A model generated the notes under the pieces. The model ran no database searches, was not told the DNA's origin, and saw only the letters and a list, made by a program, of their open reading frames with translations. A stretch of DNA of 64,000 nt. It comes from Candidatus Latescibacterota bacterium (GTDB lineage Bacteria > Latescibacterota > UBA2968 > UBA8231). Every line of letters begins with the position of its first letter. Within the stretch, counting starts at the first letter, position 1. Below, in pieces: positions 37,609 to 48,000 of the stretch. The translations under genes were made by a program, and so were the position numbers. The stretch lies in the NCBI GenBank assembly GCA_965242865.1, contig CBDETK010000013.1, positions 5,549,567-5,613,566 of the forward strand. Direction: 5' to 3'.

Positions 37609-38853
37609 CTATCCGCTACTGGCACCCTTCTTGATCCCCCGCACGTCAGCGATAAAGTCTTCCAAAGTGTTGAGATGCGGCCGGACAGAAGCCGGAAATT
37701 TATCGGCCAGACGAGTCGGAATGACCAGTTGCACTCCAGCGTCTCTCATCTCCCGAAACTGCCCTTCCGAAATCCCTTCTTGCAGGGTCAAAAGGTGCTT
37801 GCGCTGTATGCGATCAGCTTCGTTGAGAATCTGACGCCAACGGTCTTTGCAAGTGGTCTTGACCGCGAGCATTCGCAGCCGTGATTCCGGGAATGCCCTA
37901 TCTTTGTAGGTTTCCGCCGAAGGAAATAGAAAGTCGGGACGGCGGCCCGGTTCGGCTTCTTGCTGATACGCAAAATCGCGATTTTCGCGCAGCCCTTCCT
38001 CCATGAAGATCGTTCGTACATGAAGCTCAAGCGACCGTCCCGAACGCGACTTACGGCGTTGGAGGATAGTCTGCGCCCGGGCGGTGAATTCATCCATACT
38101 GTCAAACCCTTCCCTAACTGCCGGAAGTTCCACCGCTTCCTCAACGCTGCGGAACAACTCGAACTCACAGCCCCGACGGCGTAGCAACCGGTCATCAGGA
38201 CTGACGGATAAGTCTGGCCGCAACTCGACAGTCTTATCAATGAGTTCCATTCCAGTCGGAAATGTTTTCAGCCACTCTGGGGGAATTTCGCTAGGATTCA
38301 GCCAGCAACTCGCTGGCGTTTCCGCGGTAAATTTGAAGAGGTTTAGATGGGCTGAATAATGTGGCGGCCAGATCGTCCACTTGCCGGGTTCTACGGGGCC
38401 AATGCGATCTTCAACTAATTCTTCTTCGGTTTCGCAGCGACAGACCCACACATAGCACTCCATCGCCGTGCCTTGCTCATCCAAGGAGAACGCGAATATG
38501 CTCAACGCGCCCGTGTTACTTGGATTGAGCAGTGCCGATTGGGAACCGCCGAAATTAGTTAGGCGAGTCTCATTGCGCGTACCATTATGGAATTTGTTGT
38601 TGTACCAAATAGCCCGGACACATCGGTGAGCAGCATGCGAATCAATACAGAGGTCGAACCAAACATCCGGGTTTCGGGTTTCCGGTCTATTAAGTTGAGG
38701 AAACATACCAAACAGAAAACCCTTTGGAATGTATGGACCGGCTTGATGAGTTCCGTTGGCTAGAGTGTCGTTTCCCGACAGGCGTTTTGCATACCAGATG
38801 GAGTTGGGATTAGAATGCTTGTCGAGCCAATTTCTCAGATCAGTCGGGGCCAT
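37609..38853 (-). CDS. EcoRII-like type II restriction endonuclease
   Basis: N-terminal YAKRLSGNDT..HQAGPYIPK effector domain; C-terminal RRKSRSGRSLE..PDFLFP..MLAVKTTCKDRWRQILNEA..HLLTLQEG. Confidence 0.9.
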   Translation of the reverse strand: MAPTDLRNWLDKHSNPNSIWYAKRLSGNDTLANGTHQAGPYIPKGFLFGMFPQLNRPETRNPDVWFDLCIDSHAAHRCVRAIWYNNKFHNGTRNETRLTNFGGSQSALLNPSNTGALSIFAFSLDEQGTAMECYVWVCRCETEEELVEDRIGPVEPGKWTIWPPHYSAHLNLFKFTAETPASCWLNPSEIPPEWLKTFPTGMELIDKTVELRPDLSVSPDDRLLRRRGCEFELFRSVEEAVELPAVREGFDSMDEFTARAQTILQRRKSRSGRSLELHVRTIFMEEGLRENRDFAYQQEAEPGRRPDFLFPSAETYKDRAFPESRLRMLAVKTTCKDRWRQILNEADRIQRKHLLTLQEGISEGQFREMRDAGVQLVIPTRLADKFPASVRPHLNTLEDFIADVRGIKKGASSG

Positions 38854-38894
38854 TTTACCTTGCCGTATCCCGCCATATCGTTGCTCAACCGCCC

Positions 38895-40049
38895 TTACCC
38901 AAAGAGAGGCAACCGCATTGGGCGCAACGCCCTGTCGCCATCTTCTTCGATGCCTAGCCAAGGCGCAATGAAACGCGCTAGGGCCTCGACGCATGGGATG
39001 GCTACCGCATTTCCGAATTGCTTATAGGCTTGCGTATCGGAAACCGGGATCACAAATCGGCTTTCGCGTGGCTTGTCAAAACCCATGAGCCTCGCACATT
39101 CCCGCGGCGTCAAGCGACGCGGGTTTTGCCGCTCGCGTTTCACGAGAATTTCGGAGCCATCCTTATAGTAGCGGGCCGAGAGGGTGCGCGCTCTATCTTC
39201 TGGGCCAACAAGCCCGAAACCGAAACCATTGCCGGCCGCCCGGTGCTTTTCAGCATACCGCTGAAGATAGCTCCACAGGTGGTTGGAGAGCGTGTACTTG
39301 TCGGAGACCTTTGCTTTTGGTCCTAGCGTGTATGGACTTTCAGCGGGTTCGCTGCCGTCTTCAGGGTGTAGAACCGCCTTGAGCCGTGGTCCCTTGAGCG
39401 GGTCGGGAACAACAAAATCGTTAAAAGAAAACAGGTTGGGATCGCGGAAGCCGACAATGAAAATCCGCTCGCGGTGTTGTGGAACCCACGAACGGGCATC
39501 CACGACCTTTGAGTGAACCTGATATCCCAACTCATCGGTTAGTGCCCGGTGGATTACGCGAAATGTTCGGCCCTTATCGTGATTGACTAGATTTTTGACG
39601 TTTTCGAGAAAAAAAGCATGGGGCCGATGAGCCTCAATGATCCGCGCCACATCAAAAAAAAGTGTTCCCTGTGCTTCGCAACGGAACCCGTGCGGCTGCT
39701 TGAGCGCATTTTTCTTTGACACGCCCGCGATCGAAAATGGCTGGCACGGGAAACCCGCCAGCAACAGGTCATGTGGCGGAATTTTATCTATTGGGACCTG
39801 TGTAATGTCCCCAGCAATCTCGTGATCGCAGTCGTAGTTGGCTTGGTAGGTGCGTTGGGCGTACTTGTTCCACTCACTGGTGAATACGCACTTTCCGCCC
39901 AACGGCTCAAAGCCGCGGCGCATCCCGCCAATACCAGCGAACAAGTCGATGAATCTAAAGGCCGGATGGCTTGGAGTTCTCGACTCAATCGACAAGGCGG
40001 TCTGCTCTTTTTGCGGTTTGCCAGCGGATTTATTCTCAATAGGCGGCAT
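38895..40049 (-). CDS. dcm: C5-cytosine DNA methyltransferase (Dcm/M.EcoRII-like)
   Basis: [53 protein letters not shown]. Confidence 0.92.
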   Translation of the reverse strand: MPPIENKSAGKPQKEQTALSIESRTPSHPAFRFIDLFAGIGGMRRGFEPLGGKCVFTSEWNKYAQRTYQANYDCDHEIAGDITQVPIDKIPPHDLLLAGFPCQPFSIAGVSKKNALKQPHGFRCEAQGTLFFDVARIIEAHRPHAFFLENVKNLVNHDKGRTFRVIHRALTDELGYQVHSKVVDARSWVPQHRERIFIVGFRDPNLFSFNDFVVPDPLKGPRLKAVLHPEDGSEPAESPYTLGPKAKVSDKYTLSNHLWSYLQRYAEKHRAAGNGFGFGLVGPEDRARTLSARYYKDGSEILVKRERQNPRRLTPRECARLMGFDKPRESRFVIPVSDTQAYKQFGNAVAIPCVEALARFIAPWLGIEEDGDRALRPMRLPLFG

Positions 40050-40172
40050 GATAATGGGAAACCTTTCTGGATTGCTTTCCGTGCCCGTCTTAGCGGCGGC
40101 GGAATGGAGGGAACCGGCCACATTCAATTAAATAGACCAACCGCCAAACCCCGTCAAGCACGCTCCCGGCAT

Positions 40173-40582
40173 CTGCTTGACGCTCCCTTTTCACCGCCCT
40201 ATACTAGCCGCTCGGTAATTCGGTAAAATCAACTGCTTATCACCCAAGAGGAGCGGCTACAATGATTCATTTAGGGGCCAATTCAGTGCTCTTTGCCGGA
40301 TTCGATTTGGAAACGGCGATGCGCCATATCCACCTCGCTGGCTACGACGGCGTCGAGCTAGCGGCGATCAAGGGCATGTGCGAGCACTTGGAGTTGGACA
40401 ACTGGTCGGCGCAGGCCAGCCAAATCAAGGAACTGGCAGAAAAATACGAGCTAAAATTGCTGGCGATGGAAGAGGCCGCGCTCGACGAAGAGCGCCTAAT
40501 GCGGGCGTTTGCGGCGGGTGCTGAAATCGGCATTCCCGTCGTCAACGTCGGCCCAGGGGGCAAAAGCGACGTGGAGGCAGAT
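40173..40582 (+). repeat. Direct repeat copy 2
   Basis: Matches 36780-37189. Confidence 0.95.
40177..40205 (+). promoter_or_regulatory. sigma70 promoter (copy 2) for the 40262-44223 operon
   Basis: TTGACG-N17-TATACT upstream of RBS gaggag. Confidence 0.75.
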
Positions 40583-41062
40583 TTCGACCAGCAGGTCGCG
40601 CTGTTGGGCAAAATGGCCGATAGGGCGCACGACCACGGCGTAACGCTGTGCGTCAAGGCGCACGTGGGGCAGTGCATCTACGACACGCCGACCACGTTGC
40701 GGGCGCTGGAGCGCATTGACTCGCCGGGGTTTGGCGTGGATATGGATCCGAGCCACATCCATCGGGCGGGGGAGAATACCGTAGAGGCACTGGCGGCGGT
40801 TATTGCGCGGGTCAAGCACGTGCATATCCGGGATTGCGCGGTGGCAGCCGGCGGGCCGGGCGAACCGGAGTCGCAAGCGTGTGGGCGGGGCGACATCGAC
40901 TTGTTCGGGTACGTCAGGGTGCTGCACGAATCCGGCCTAGATGTGGCGGCCAACTTGGAAGTGATCGGCGCCAGAGCATACGACTTGGGGCAGGTGGCGA
41001 CGATTGCGGCCGAGAGCCGAGGGTATTTGAACGCCTGCTTGCGAGCGTGCGGTGCCCGTTAA
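40262..41062 (+). CDS. Sugar phosphate isomerase/epimerase (xylose-isomerase-like TIM barrel)
   Basis: GYDGVEL, DMDPSH, HVHIRD, GRGDID, NLE. Confidence 0.85.
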   Translation: MIHLGANSVLFAGFDLETAMRHIHLAGYDGVELAAIKGMCEHLELDNWSAQASQIKELAEKYELKLLAMEEAALDEERLMRAFAAGAEIGIPVVNVGPGGKSDVEADFDQQVALLGKMADRAHDHGVTLCVKAHVGQCIYDTPTTLRALERIDSPGFGVDMDPSHIHRAGENTVEALAAVIARVKHVHIRDCAVAAGGPGEPESQACGRGDIDLFGYVRVLHESGLDVAANLEVIGARAYDLGQVATIAAESRGYLNACLRACGAR

Positions 41063-41600
41063 ACGCGCCTTTGTCGCCATCCGGCTGCCAGCGGCCTTGG
41101 GCACGTTGAGCGACGCGATGCGACCGTGGTGGCCAGCGCAGGGCGTGGCTTGGGTGCGGCCGGAAAACCTCCATCTGACGTTGCGCTTTCTCGGCGCGGC
41201 TGAGGACGCGCAAATCGCTGCGCTGCGGAAAGGGCTGACCGCGGTTGCCGCCCGGCACGAAGGGTTTGTCGCGTCTATTGAGCAAAGCGGCTGTTTCCCC
41301 AATCGCGGCCGACCGAAGGTTATTTGGGCTGGCGTGGGGGACGCGGCCGGCCGGTTGGGCGCGTTGCAACGGGATGTTGAAGCGGCGGTATGCGCCGCGG
41401 GTTGGGCGCGGGAGGAACGGGACTTTCGCCCGCACGTGACGCTCGGCCGGGTGCGGCCCGGGGGACGCCCGCCAAGCAGCAAGTGGAGCGGCGACCTGCC
41501 GCGATTGCCGGTTCCAGTCGAGGCGGTGGAGTTGCTCGAAAGCATCCTCGAGCCGACCGGGGCGGTGTACCGGCCTCTGCACCGAGCGGTGCTATTATAA
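41052..41600 (+). CDS. thpR: RNA 2',3'-cyclic phosphodiesterase (2H family)
   Basis: RAFVAI, NLHLTLRFLG, FRPHVTLGR. Confidence 0.92.
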   Translation: MPVKRAFVAIRLPAALGTLSDAMRPWWPAQGVAWVRPENLHLTLRFLGAAEDAQIAALRKGLTAVAARHEGFVASIEQSGCFPNRGRPKVIWAGVGDAAGRLGALQRDVEAAVCAAGWAREERDFRPHVTLGRVRPGGRPPSSKWSGDLPRLPVPVEAVELLESILEPTGAVYRPLHRAVLL

Positions 41601-42361
41601 TGCCCGGCCGACCCTACATCCTCGCCGAGACCAATTGGCAGACCGTAGCGCAAACCCCGTACGAGGTGGCGATCCTGCCGTGGGGGGCTACGGAAGCCCA
41701 CAATTACCACCTGCCCTATTCGACCGACGTGGTGCAGTGCGACGAAATCGCGGCGGCCGCGGCCGGCATCGCTTGGGAGCAGGCCGCTCAGGTCATCGTC
41801 TTGCCGACCGTGCCCTTTGGCGTCAACACCGGCCAACTCGACATCAAGCTGGACCTCAACCTCAATCCCTCGACCCAACTCGCGGTACTGCAAGATTTGG
41901 TCGAGGCACTCGCCCATCAGGGCATCCCCAAACTGCTCATTGTAAACGGCCACGGCGGCAACGATTTCAAGCAGATGGTGCGGGAGTTGTTGCCGCGCTA
42001 TGCGGTTTTTATTTGCTGCATGGATTGGTATCGCATCGTCGATACCGGGCTTTTTGCGGCCGGCGGCGACCACGCCAACGAAATGGAAACCAGCCTCATG
42101 CAGTACTTGCGACCGGATTGGGTGCGGCCCCTGTCCGAGGCGGGTAGCGGCCGCGAGCACAAGTTCAAGATCGCCGCGCTGCGGGAAGGCTGGGTCTGGA
42201 CCCAGCGCGATTGGACGCAGGCGACCGACGACACCGGCATCGGCGACCCGCGCCAAGCCACCCCGGAAAAGGGCCGCCGCTGCTTGGAGCAAGTAGCCGC
42301 CCAACTCGCTGCGTTTTTGGTCGAGCTCGCCGCGGCCGACCTAACCGACCTCTACGAATAG
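41600..42361 (+). CDS. Creatininase family amidohydrolase
   Basis: PWGATEAHNYHLPYSTD, NGHGGN, DHANEMETS. Confidence 0.9.
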   Translation: MPGRPYILAETNWQTVAQTPYEVAILPWGATEAHNYHLPYSTDVVQCDEIAAAAAGIAWEQAAQVIVLPTVPFGVNTGQLDIKLDLNLNPSTQLAVLQDLVEALAHQGIPKLLIVNGHGGNDFKQMVRELLPRYAVFICCMDWYRIVDTGLFAAGGDHANEMETSLMQYLRPDWVRPLSEAGSGREHKFKIAALREGWVWTQRDWTQATDDTGIGDPRQATPEKGRRCLEQVAAQLAAFLVELAAADLTDLYE

Positions 42362-42365
42362 GGCC

Positions 42366-43442
42366 GTGCAGTTCTACGCATTCGTCGCCCCTGGGCTAGA
42401 GCCAATCGCCCAACGAGAAATCGCAGCGCGGTTGGGGGGCCAGCGGCAGGGCCAGCAGCGCGGCGTGGTGTTCTTTGACACGGACGCTCCGCCGCCGGAT
42501 TTGCTCGCCCTGGGAACGACCGAGGATGTATTCGCGCTGGTGGCGCGCGGTCCGGTGGCCGCGGTGCGCGAGGGTTTGGCGCAGGCCGGCACCCTCGTCG
42601 CTGAGTCGCCGCTCTTTGCCGAGGCTGTGGCCGCGCATCGCCGCGCTCGCCCCAAGCGGATCAAGCGCATCACCTACCGAATTGTGGCCCAGCGTCGCGG
42701 CGGGCAGCAGCGCTATGCGCGTCAAGAGATGCGCCGCGCCTTGCAGCAAGCCGTAGCGTGGCGTTTCCCGCGCTGGAAAGACCGGGCCGAACACGCCCTG
42801 TTGGAGGTGTGGGGCTTGGAGGCCGGCGGCGAGCTGCTGTGCGGGGTGCGCCTTTCCGACGAGACCATGCGCCACCGCACCTACAAGGTCGCGCACGTGG
42901 AGGCTTCGCTGCGGCCCACAGTGGCGCGGGCCTTAGTGCTGCTATCCGAGCCAGCCGACGGCGACGTCTTTCTCGATCCCATGTGCGGAGCGGGGACCAT
43001 CCTCATCGAGCGGGGGTTGTGCGGCCGCTACGCCCAACTCTTGGGCGGCGACCTATCCCCGACCGCGGTCGCGGCCACTCGCACGAACATCGGCCGGCGC
43101 TACCAGCCGATCGCCATCCGCCAATGGGATGCGCGAAATTTGCCCTTGGGCGCCGGCAGCGTCGATCGGGTGGTGTGCAACTTGCCCTTTGGCAAAAAGA
43201 TCGGCGAGCCGCACGCGCTGCGGCCGCTCTACGAGGGGTTTGCCCGCGAGGTGGCGAGGGTGCTAAAGCCCGGGGGCGTGGCCGTGTGCCTGACCAGCGA
43301 GCGCACGTTGCTGGCCGAAGCATTTGGCGCGTGGCCGGCACTGTATCTGGAGCGCGTGTGCCCGGTCGAGGTGCTGGGGCAGCGGGCGTTTTGTTGTAAA
43401 TTGAAGAAATCTCATCAAACCAAAGGAGATTGTCATGGCTGA
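42366..43442 (+). CDS. THUMP-domain RNA methyltransferase
   Basis: APGLEPIA, ASLRPTVA, DPMCGAGT, NLPFG. Confidence 0.85.
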   Translation: MQFYAFVAPGLEPIAQREIAARLGGQRQGQQRGVVFFDTDAPPPDLLALGTTEDVFALVARGPVAAVREGLAQAGTLVAESPLFAEAVAAHRRARPKRIKRITYRIVAQRRGGQQRYARQEMRRALQQAVAWRFPRWKDRAEHALLEVWGLEAGGELLCGVRLSDETMRHRTYKVAHVEASLRPTVARALVLLSEPADGDVFLDPMCGAGTILIERGLCGRYAQLLGGDLSPTAVAATRTNIGRRYQPIAIRQWDARNLPLGAGSVDRVVCNLPFGKKIGEPHALRPLYEGFAREVARVLKPGGVAVCLTSERTLLAEAFGAWPALYLERVCPVEVLGQRAFCCKLKKSHQTKGDCHG

Positions 43443-44223
43443 TTTTACGGGCCGAGTAGTAATCGTAACCGGCGGCGCCAAGGGCATTGGCGCGGGGATT
43501 TCGCGGGCGTTTGCCGGCGAGGGAGCGCAGGTCGCGGCGTTGGACATCAACGCGGAGGCCGGCGCGGCGTTGGCCGAGGAAGAGGGCCAGATCCGCTTTT
43601 TTGCGGCCGACGTTTCAAACGACGAGGTGTGCGCCCAGACCGTGCGGCAGATCATCGACGATTGGGGCCGCATCGACGTGTTGTGCAACAACGTCGGCAT
43701 CCAGCCCGTGCCCAGCTATTTGCCGGCGCACGAGTTGCCGGTGGAAATGTGGGACCGGATCATCGACGTCAACCTGAAGAGCTTTTTCCTGATGGCGCGG
43801 CATTGCCTGCCGCAGATGATGGAGCAGCGCAAGGGCGTCATCATCAACACGGCCAGCGTCCAAGGTTTGCAGTCGGCTTCGATGGTTTCGGCGTATGCCG
43901 CCAGCAAGGGCGGGATCATCTCCCTGACTCGGCAACTCGCGCTCGACTACGCCCAGTACGGGGTGCGGGTTTTAGCGGTCAATCCGGGGGGCATCCAGAC
44001 GCCGTTGGTCGATGAGGTTATCGAGGCATTCGGCCACGAGCGCGAGCAGTTCTTTGAGGACTACGCCAAAATTCATCCGCTCGGTCGCTACGGCCAGCCG
44101 GCGGACATCGCCAACGCCGTGCTGTTTTTGGCCAGCGACAAGGCAGCGTTTATGACCGGCGAGAACGTCTGCGTTGACGGCGGGTTGATGGCTAAGGGCG
44201 CGTGGGCCGAGGTTGAGGAGTGA
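43435..44223 (+). CDS. SDR family oxidoreductase
   Basis: TGGAKGIG, NNVG, YAASKGG, NPGGIQT. Confidence 0.92.
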   Translation: MADFTGRVVIVTGGAKGIGAGISRAFAGEGAQVAALDINAEAGAALAEEEGQIRFFAADVSNDEVCAQTVRQIIDDWGRIDVLCNNVGIQPVPSYLPAHELPVEMWDRIIDVNLKSFFLMARHCLPQMMEQRKGVIINTASVQGLQSASMVSAYAASKGGIISLTRQLALDYAQYGVRVLAVNPGGIQTPLVDEVIEAFGHEREQFFEDYAKIHPLGRYGQPADIANAVLFLASDKAAFMTGENVCVDGGLMAKGAWAEVEE

Positions 44224-44236
44224 GAAAGCGGGGCCG

Positions 44237-44566
44237 CTAGACTGCGACGACCCGCTGGCGTCCCTTTGCGTCTTTGGCTGGCGTAATGCGAATCTCGACA
44301 TTGCGATTGAGCCGATTGAGCAATGCAAACAGCCGTTCCACGCTGAAACGGTCGAAATCCCCGTTCTTCAGCCGCGACACATCCGCCTGATCCACGCCGA
44401 GGAGTTTTCCAGCCTCTGCTTGCGTCAGTTTCCGTGCCGCGAGAATGCGGTAGATCTCAACGGCGAGATCGGCTTTCAATAACGCGCGTTCCGCTTCTGT
44501 GTCGGGAAATCCAATGTCCTTAAACACGTTCCCAGTACTTCGCTCAAACCGGATGTTTTCACTCAT
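44237..44566 (-). CDS. XRE-family HTH antitoxin (HigA-like)
   Basis: STGNVFKDIG, LTQAEAGKLLGVDQADVSRL, FSVERL. Confidence 0.88.
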   Translation of the reverse strand: MSENIRFERSTGNVFKDIGFPDTEAERALLKADLAVEIYRILAARKLTQAEAGKLLGVDQADVSRLKNGDFDRFSVERLFALLNRLNRNVEIRITPAKDAKGRQRVVAV

Positions 44567-44933
44567 TTTCTGCCTCCAGCATTCGTGCCCTGTTCAACCG
44601 TTGTCGAATCAAGTCAATTTCCTTTTTCGGAGTTCTGCTGCCACGAGTGGACTTCTTCTGGAATGCGTGAAGCACATAGATGGTCTCGCTAATTCTAACG
44701 GCATATACGGCGCGATAGGTGTCCGTGTCGTAACGGGCGACAATCTCCAACACGCCCGAATCGATCCCACGCAATGGTTTTGCCTTTGGATGTTTCTCTC
44801 CCTGCTGAGCAAAACGCAGAGCTTCACCGATGAGTCTCCGCGTAGCTTGGGGAAAGCTCCGAACTTGTTCACGAGAATTCCCAATCCATGTTACGTCTCT
44901 CACGGCTGCATTCAAAATGCCGCCTTTCTCCAT
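44559..44933 (-). CDS. RelE/ParE superfamily (gp49/HigB-like) toxin
   Basis: KPLRG..GVLEI..DTYRAVY..IYVLHAFQKKS..TPKKEIDLIRQRL; toxin-first order. Confidence 0.88.
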   Translation of the reverse strand: MEKGGILNAAVRDVTWIGNSREQVRSFPQATRRLIGEALRFAQQGEKHPKAKPLRGIDSGVLEIVARYDTDTYRAVYAVRISETIYVLHAFQKKSTRGSRTPKKEIDLIRQRLNRARMLEAENE

Positions 44934-45015
44934 TTATGGTAAACTCACCATACTTAATAATTCATAATTTTGACCGATTGCGGCGACCAAGTCAACGCTT
45001 TTTCAGCTTAGAGGA

Positions 45016-48000
45016 ATGGATATGCCCGGCCAACTGTTCACTCATTATTTTTTGACCGACGGCATAAAGGCCACGGCCGAGTGGCAAGCGTCTTGCGCTC
45101 AGCCGGAGGCGTTTGCTGCGTTTCGGGACGGCGTTGCTCGGCGTCTCGACGCGCTCAGCCGTTCCCAAGAGCCTAACGAAGCGGCGACCGAGCAGGACTT
45201 GATCCGTCCGGTTTTGGCGTTGCTCGGCTGGGTTGATTATCTGCCGCAGCAGAGCGGAGCGGGCAATGAGGACATTCCCGATCACCTGCTTTTCGCCGAC
45301 GCCGACGCCAAGCAGCAGGCCGCGGCCGAGCGCAATGCCGGTGCGCGCCTTAGCTACGCGGCGGTCGTTGCAGAGAGCAAACGCTTTGGGCTTTCGCTCG
45401 ACAGCCGGGAGCGGAGCGGGTCGCCGCACGGGCAAATCCTCCGGTACTTGGCGACGGCTGAGATCGCGTCGGAGGGACGCGTTCGCTGGGGCATCCTGAC
45501 CAATGGCCGGGTCTGGCGGCTCTACGACTACCGCGCCCGACCGCGAGCCAGCGGCTACTTTGAAGTCGATTTGGGCGAATTGCTCGCGCCCGGCAGGGAA
45601 GACGATCTCCGCGTCTTTCACCTGCTGTTTTGCCGTGCGTCCTTCGCGCTCCAAGCTGGGGCCACGACCACGTTCCTCGAAGCGGCGTTGGCCGAGGGAC
45701 GTCGCTATGAGGAACAGGTCGCGCAAGACCTTTCTGGGGTGGTGTTTGAGCGCGTGTTTCCCCGTCTCGTCGATGCGCTAGCTGAGGCGTCGGGGCAAAG
45801 CCTCGCCGAGAGCCGGGATGCCGCGCTGATTTTCCTTTACCGCTTGCTGTTTGTGCTCTACGCCGAAGACCGGGGGCTGCTGCCGGTCAACGACGGTCGT
45901 TACGACGACTATGGCCTGCGGAAACGAGTGCGAGACGACATCGTGCGGCGGATGGCGACGAACGACACGTTCTCGGCCAAGTTCACCCTCTACTACGACC
46001 ACTTGGTCAATCTTTTCAGAATCATTGAAGAAGGCGACGAGTCCATTGGGCTGCCGCCTTACAACGGCGGGCTGTTCGCGGCGGATGCCGCGCCGCTATT
46101 GGAAACCACTCGCCTCGCCGACGCGCCCCTCGCGCCGATCATCCATGACCTGAGCCACGTCGAAGGCCGCTTTGTCAACTACCGCGACATGTCCGTGCAA
46201 CAGCTTGGCTCGATCTACGAGCGGCTGCTGGAGCGCGAGCCAGTGCGCACCGACGGCAACATTTCCATTCGTCTCAATCCCTACGCTCGCAAGGACAGCG
46301 GCAGTTTCTATACCTCGCAGGAACTGGTCGATCTGATCGTCGAGCGGACCTTGCGACCGCTGGCCGACGAGCGGCTCAATGCTTTTGCAAAAAAGGCGGC
46401 GGCGCTCCAAAGCGACCGCCGATCCAAGCAGGAACGGCGCGTTGAGCTTGAGCGGTTTGATCCGGCGGTGGCTGTTTTGGACCTCAAGGTCTTGGATCCG
46501 GCCATGGGCAGCGGCCACTTCCTCGTCACGGCCGTAGATTTCCTGTCGGACTACATCGCCGAGTTGATCGAGCGCGTTCCCGCGGTTCCCGAATGGCTCG
46601 ACGGCGAGTACACGTCGCCGCTGGTGGGGCGCGTGGCGGCAATTCGGGACGACATTCGCCAGCGAGCCACCGCATCGAATTGGGTCTTGGACGAGGCTCA
46701 GCTTACCGACCAAGCCATCATTCGCCGCATGGTGCTCAAGCGTTGCATCTACGGGGTTGACAAGAATCGGCTGACGGTCGAGTTGGCCAAAGTGTCGCTG
46801 TGGCTGCACAGCTTTACGGTGGGTGCGCCGCTGTCTTTCCTCGACCACCACCTGCGCGGCGGCGACTCGCTGGTCGGCTTGCGGGTGCGCGACGCCACCG
46901 ATGAGTTGCATCGGCTCGGTGGGATGTTCGCTGGCAGTGCCATTGCCGGGGCGGAGATGGCCACCGAAGGGATGCAGCGCATTGAGGAGATGTCCGACGC
47001 GGATGTGGCCGAGGTGCAGGCGTCTGCCGCGCTGTTCGACGGGGTGGAGAAGACGACCGCCGACCTTCGCGGCTTGCTCAATTTTTTGTGCGGTTGGCGT
47101 TGGCTGACGGCTGGCATGAAGAAGCAGGAACGCGATGCGTTTGAGGGGCCGCTGGGCACGACGATCGGCCAGCATCCGGCGGATGCGTATGAGCTATTGG
47201 CGCGTGGGCCGGAGGACGACGATGCGCGGTTTGCCGAGTTGTGGCACGCGGCGCGAAAAATTGCTAACGAGGAAGGCTTTCTGCATTGGGAGGTGGCCTT
47301 TCCCGGGGTGTGGCATCAATGGCAAGACCGCTGTCCGCAGGGCGGCTTTGACGCGGTTATTGGCAATCCGCCGTGGGATCGCATCAAGTTGCAAGAAGTC
47401 GAGTGGTTTGCCAGCCGCGCCCCGGAACTCGCGCTAGCGCCGACAGCGGCGGCGCGACGAAAAGGCATTCAGAATCTGCGCGATCAGAGATCGTCTTTGG
47501 CGGCTGAGTTCGACGCAGCCAAGGAACGAGCCGACACGCTCGGGCGCTTGGTTCGGGCGTCTGGCGATTATCCGTTGCTCAGTGGCGGCGACATCAACCT
47601 CTATTCGCTGTTTGTCGAGCGGGCGATGAGCCTGATTAAGCCGGATGGCTTTGTTGGCTTGTTGACGCCGTCGGGCATTTACGCCGACAAGACCGCGGCC
47701 CGGTTTTTCAAGTCGGTTTCGACCAAAGGTCAAGTGGGCGGTCTGTTCGATTTTGAGAACAAGAAAATTTTCTTCAAGGATGTTCACGCTTCATTCAAAT
47801 TCTGCGCCCTCATCTTGGGCGGCGAGGAGCGCCGATTCGACCAAACCGAATGCGCGTTCTTCCTCCACGACACGAAAACAGTCCACGACGAGGACCGCTG
47901 CTTTCCGCTGACGCCGGACGACTTCGCCCGCGTGAATCCGAATACTAACACCGCGCCCGTGTTCCGCCGCCGGAAGGACGCGGAGATCACGCGATACATC

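Noticed and set aside
40937-47175. Long antisense ORFs (e.g. 40937-42304, 46096-47175) and similar shadow ORFs elsewhere
   Set aside because: Expected in high-GC DNA opposite well-supported genes; no motifs.
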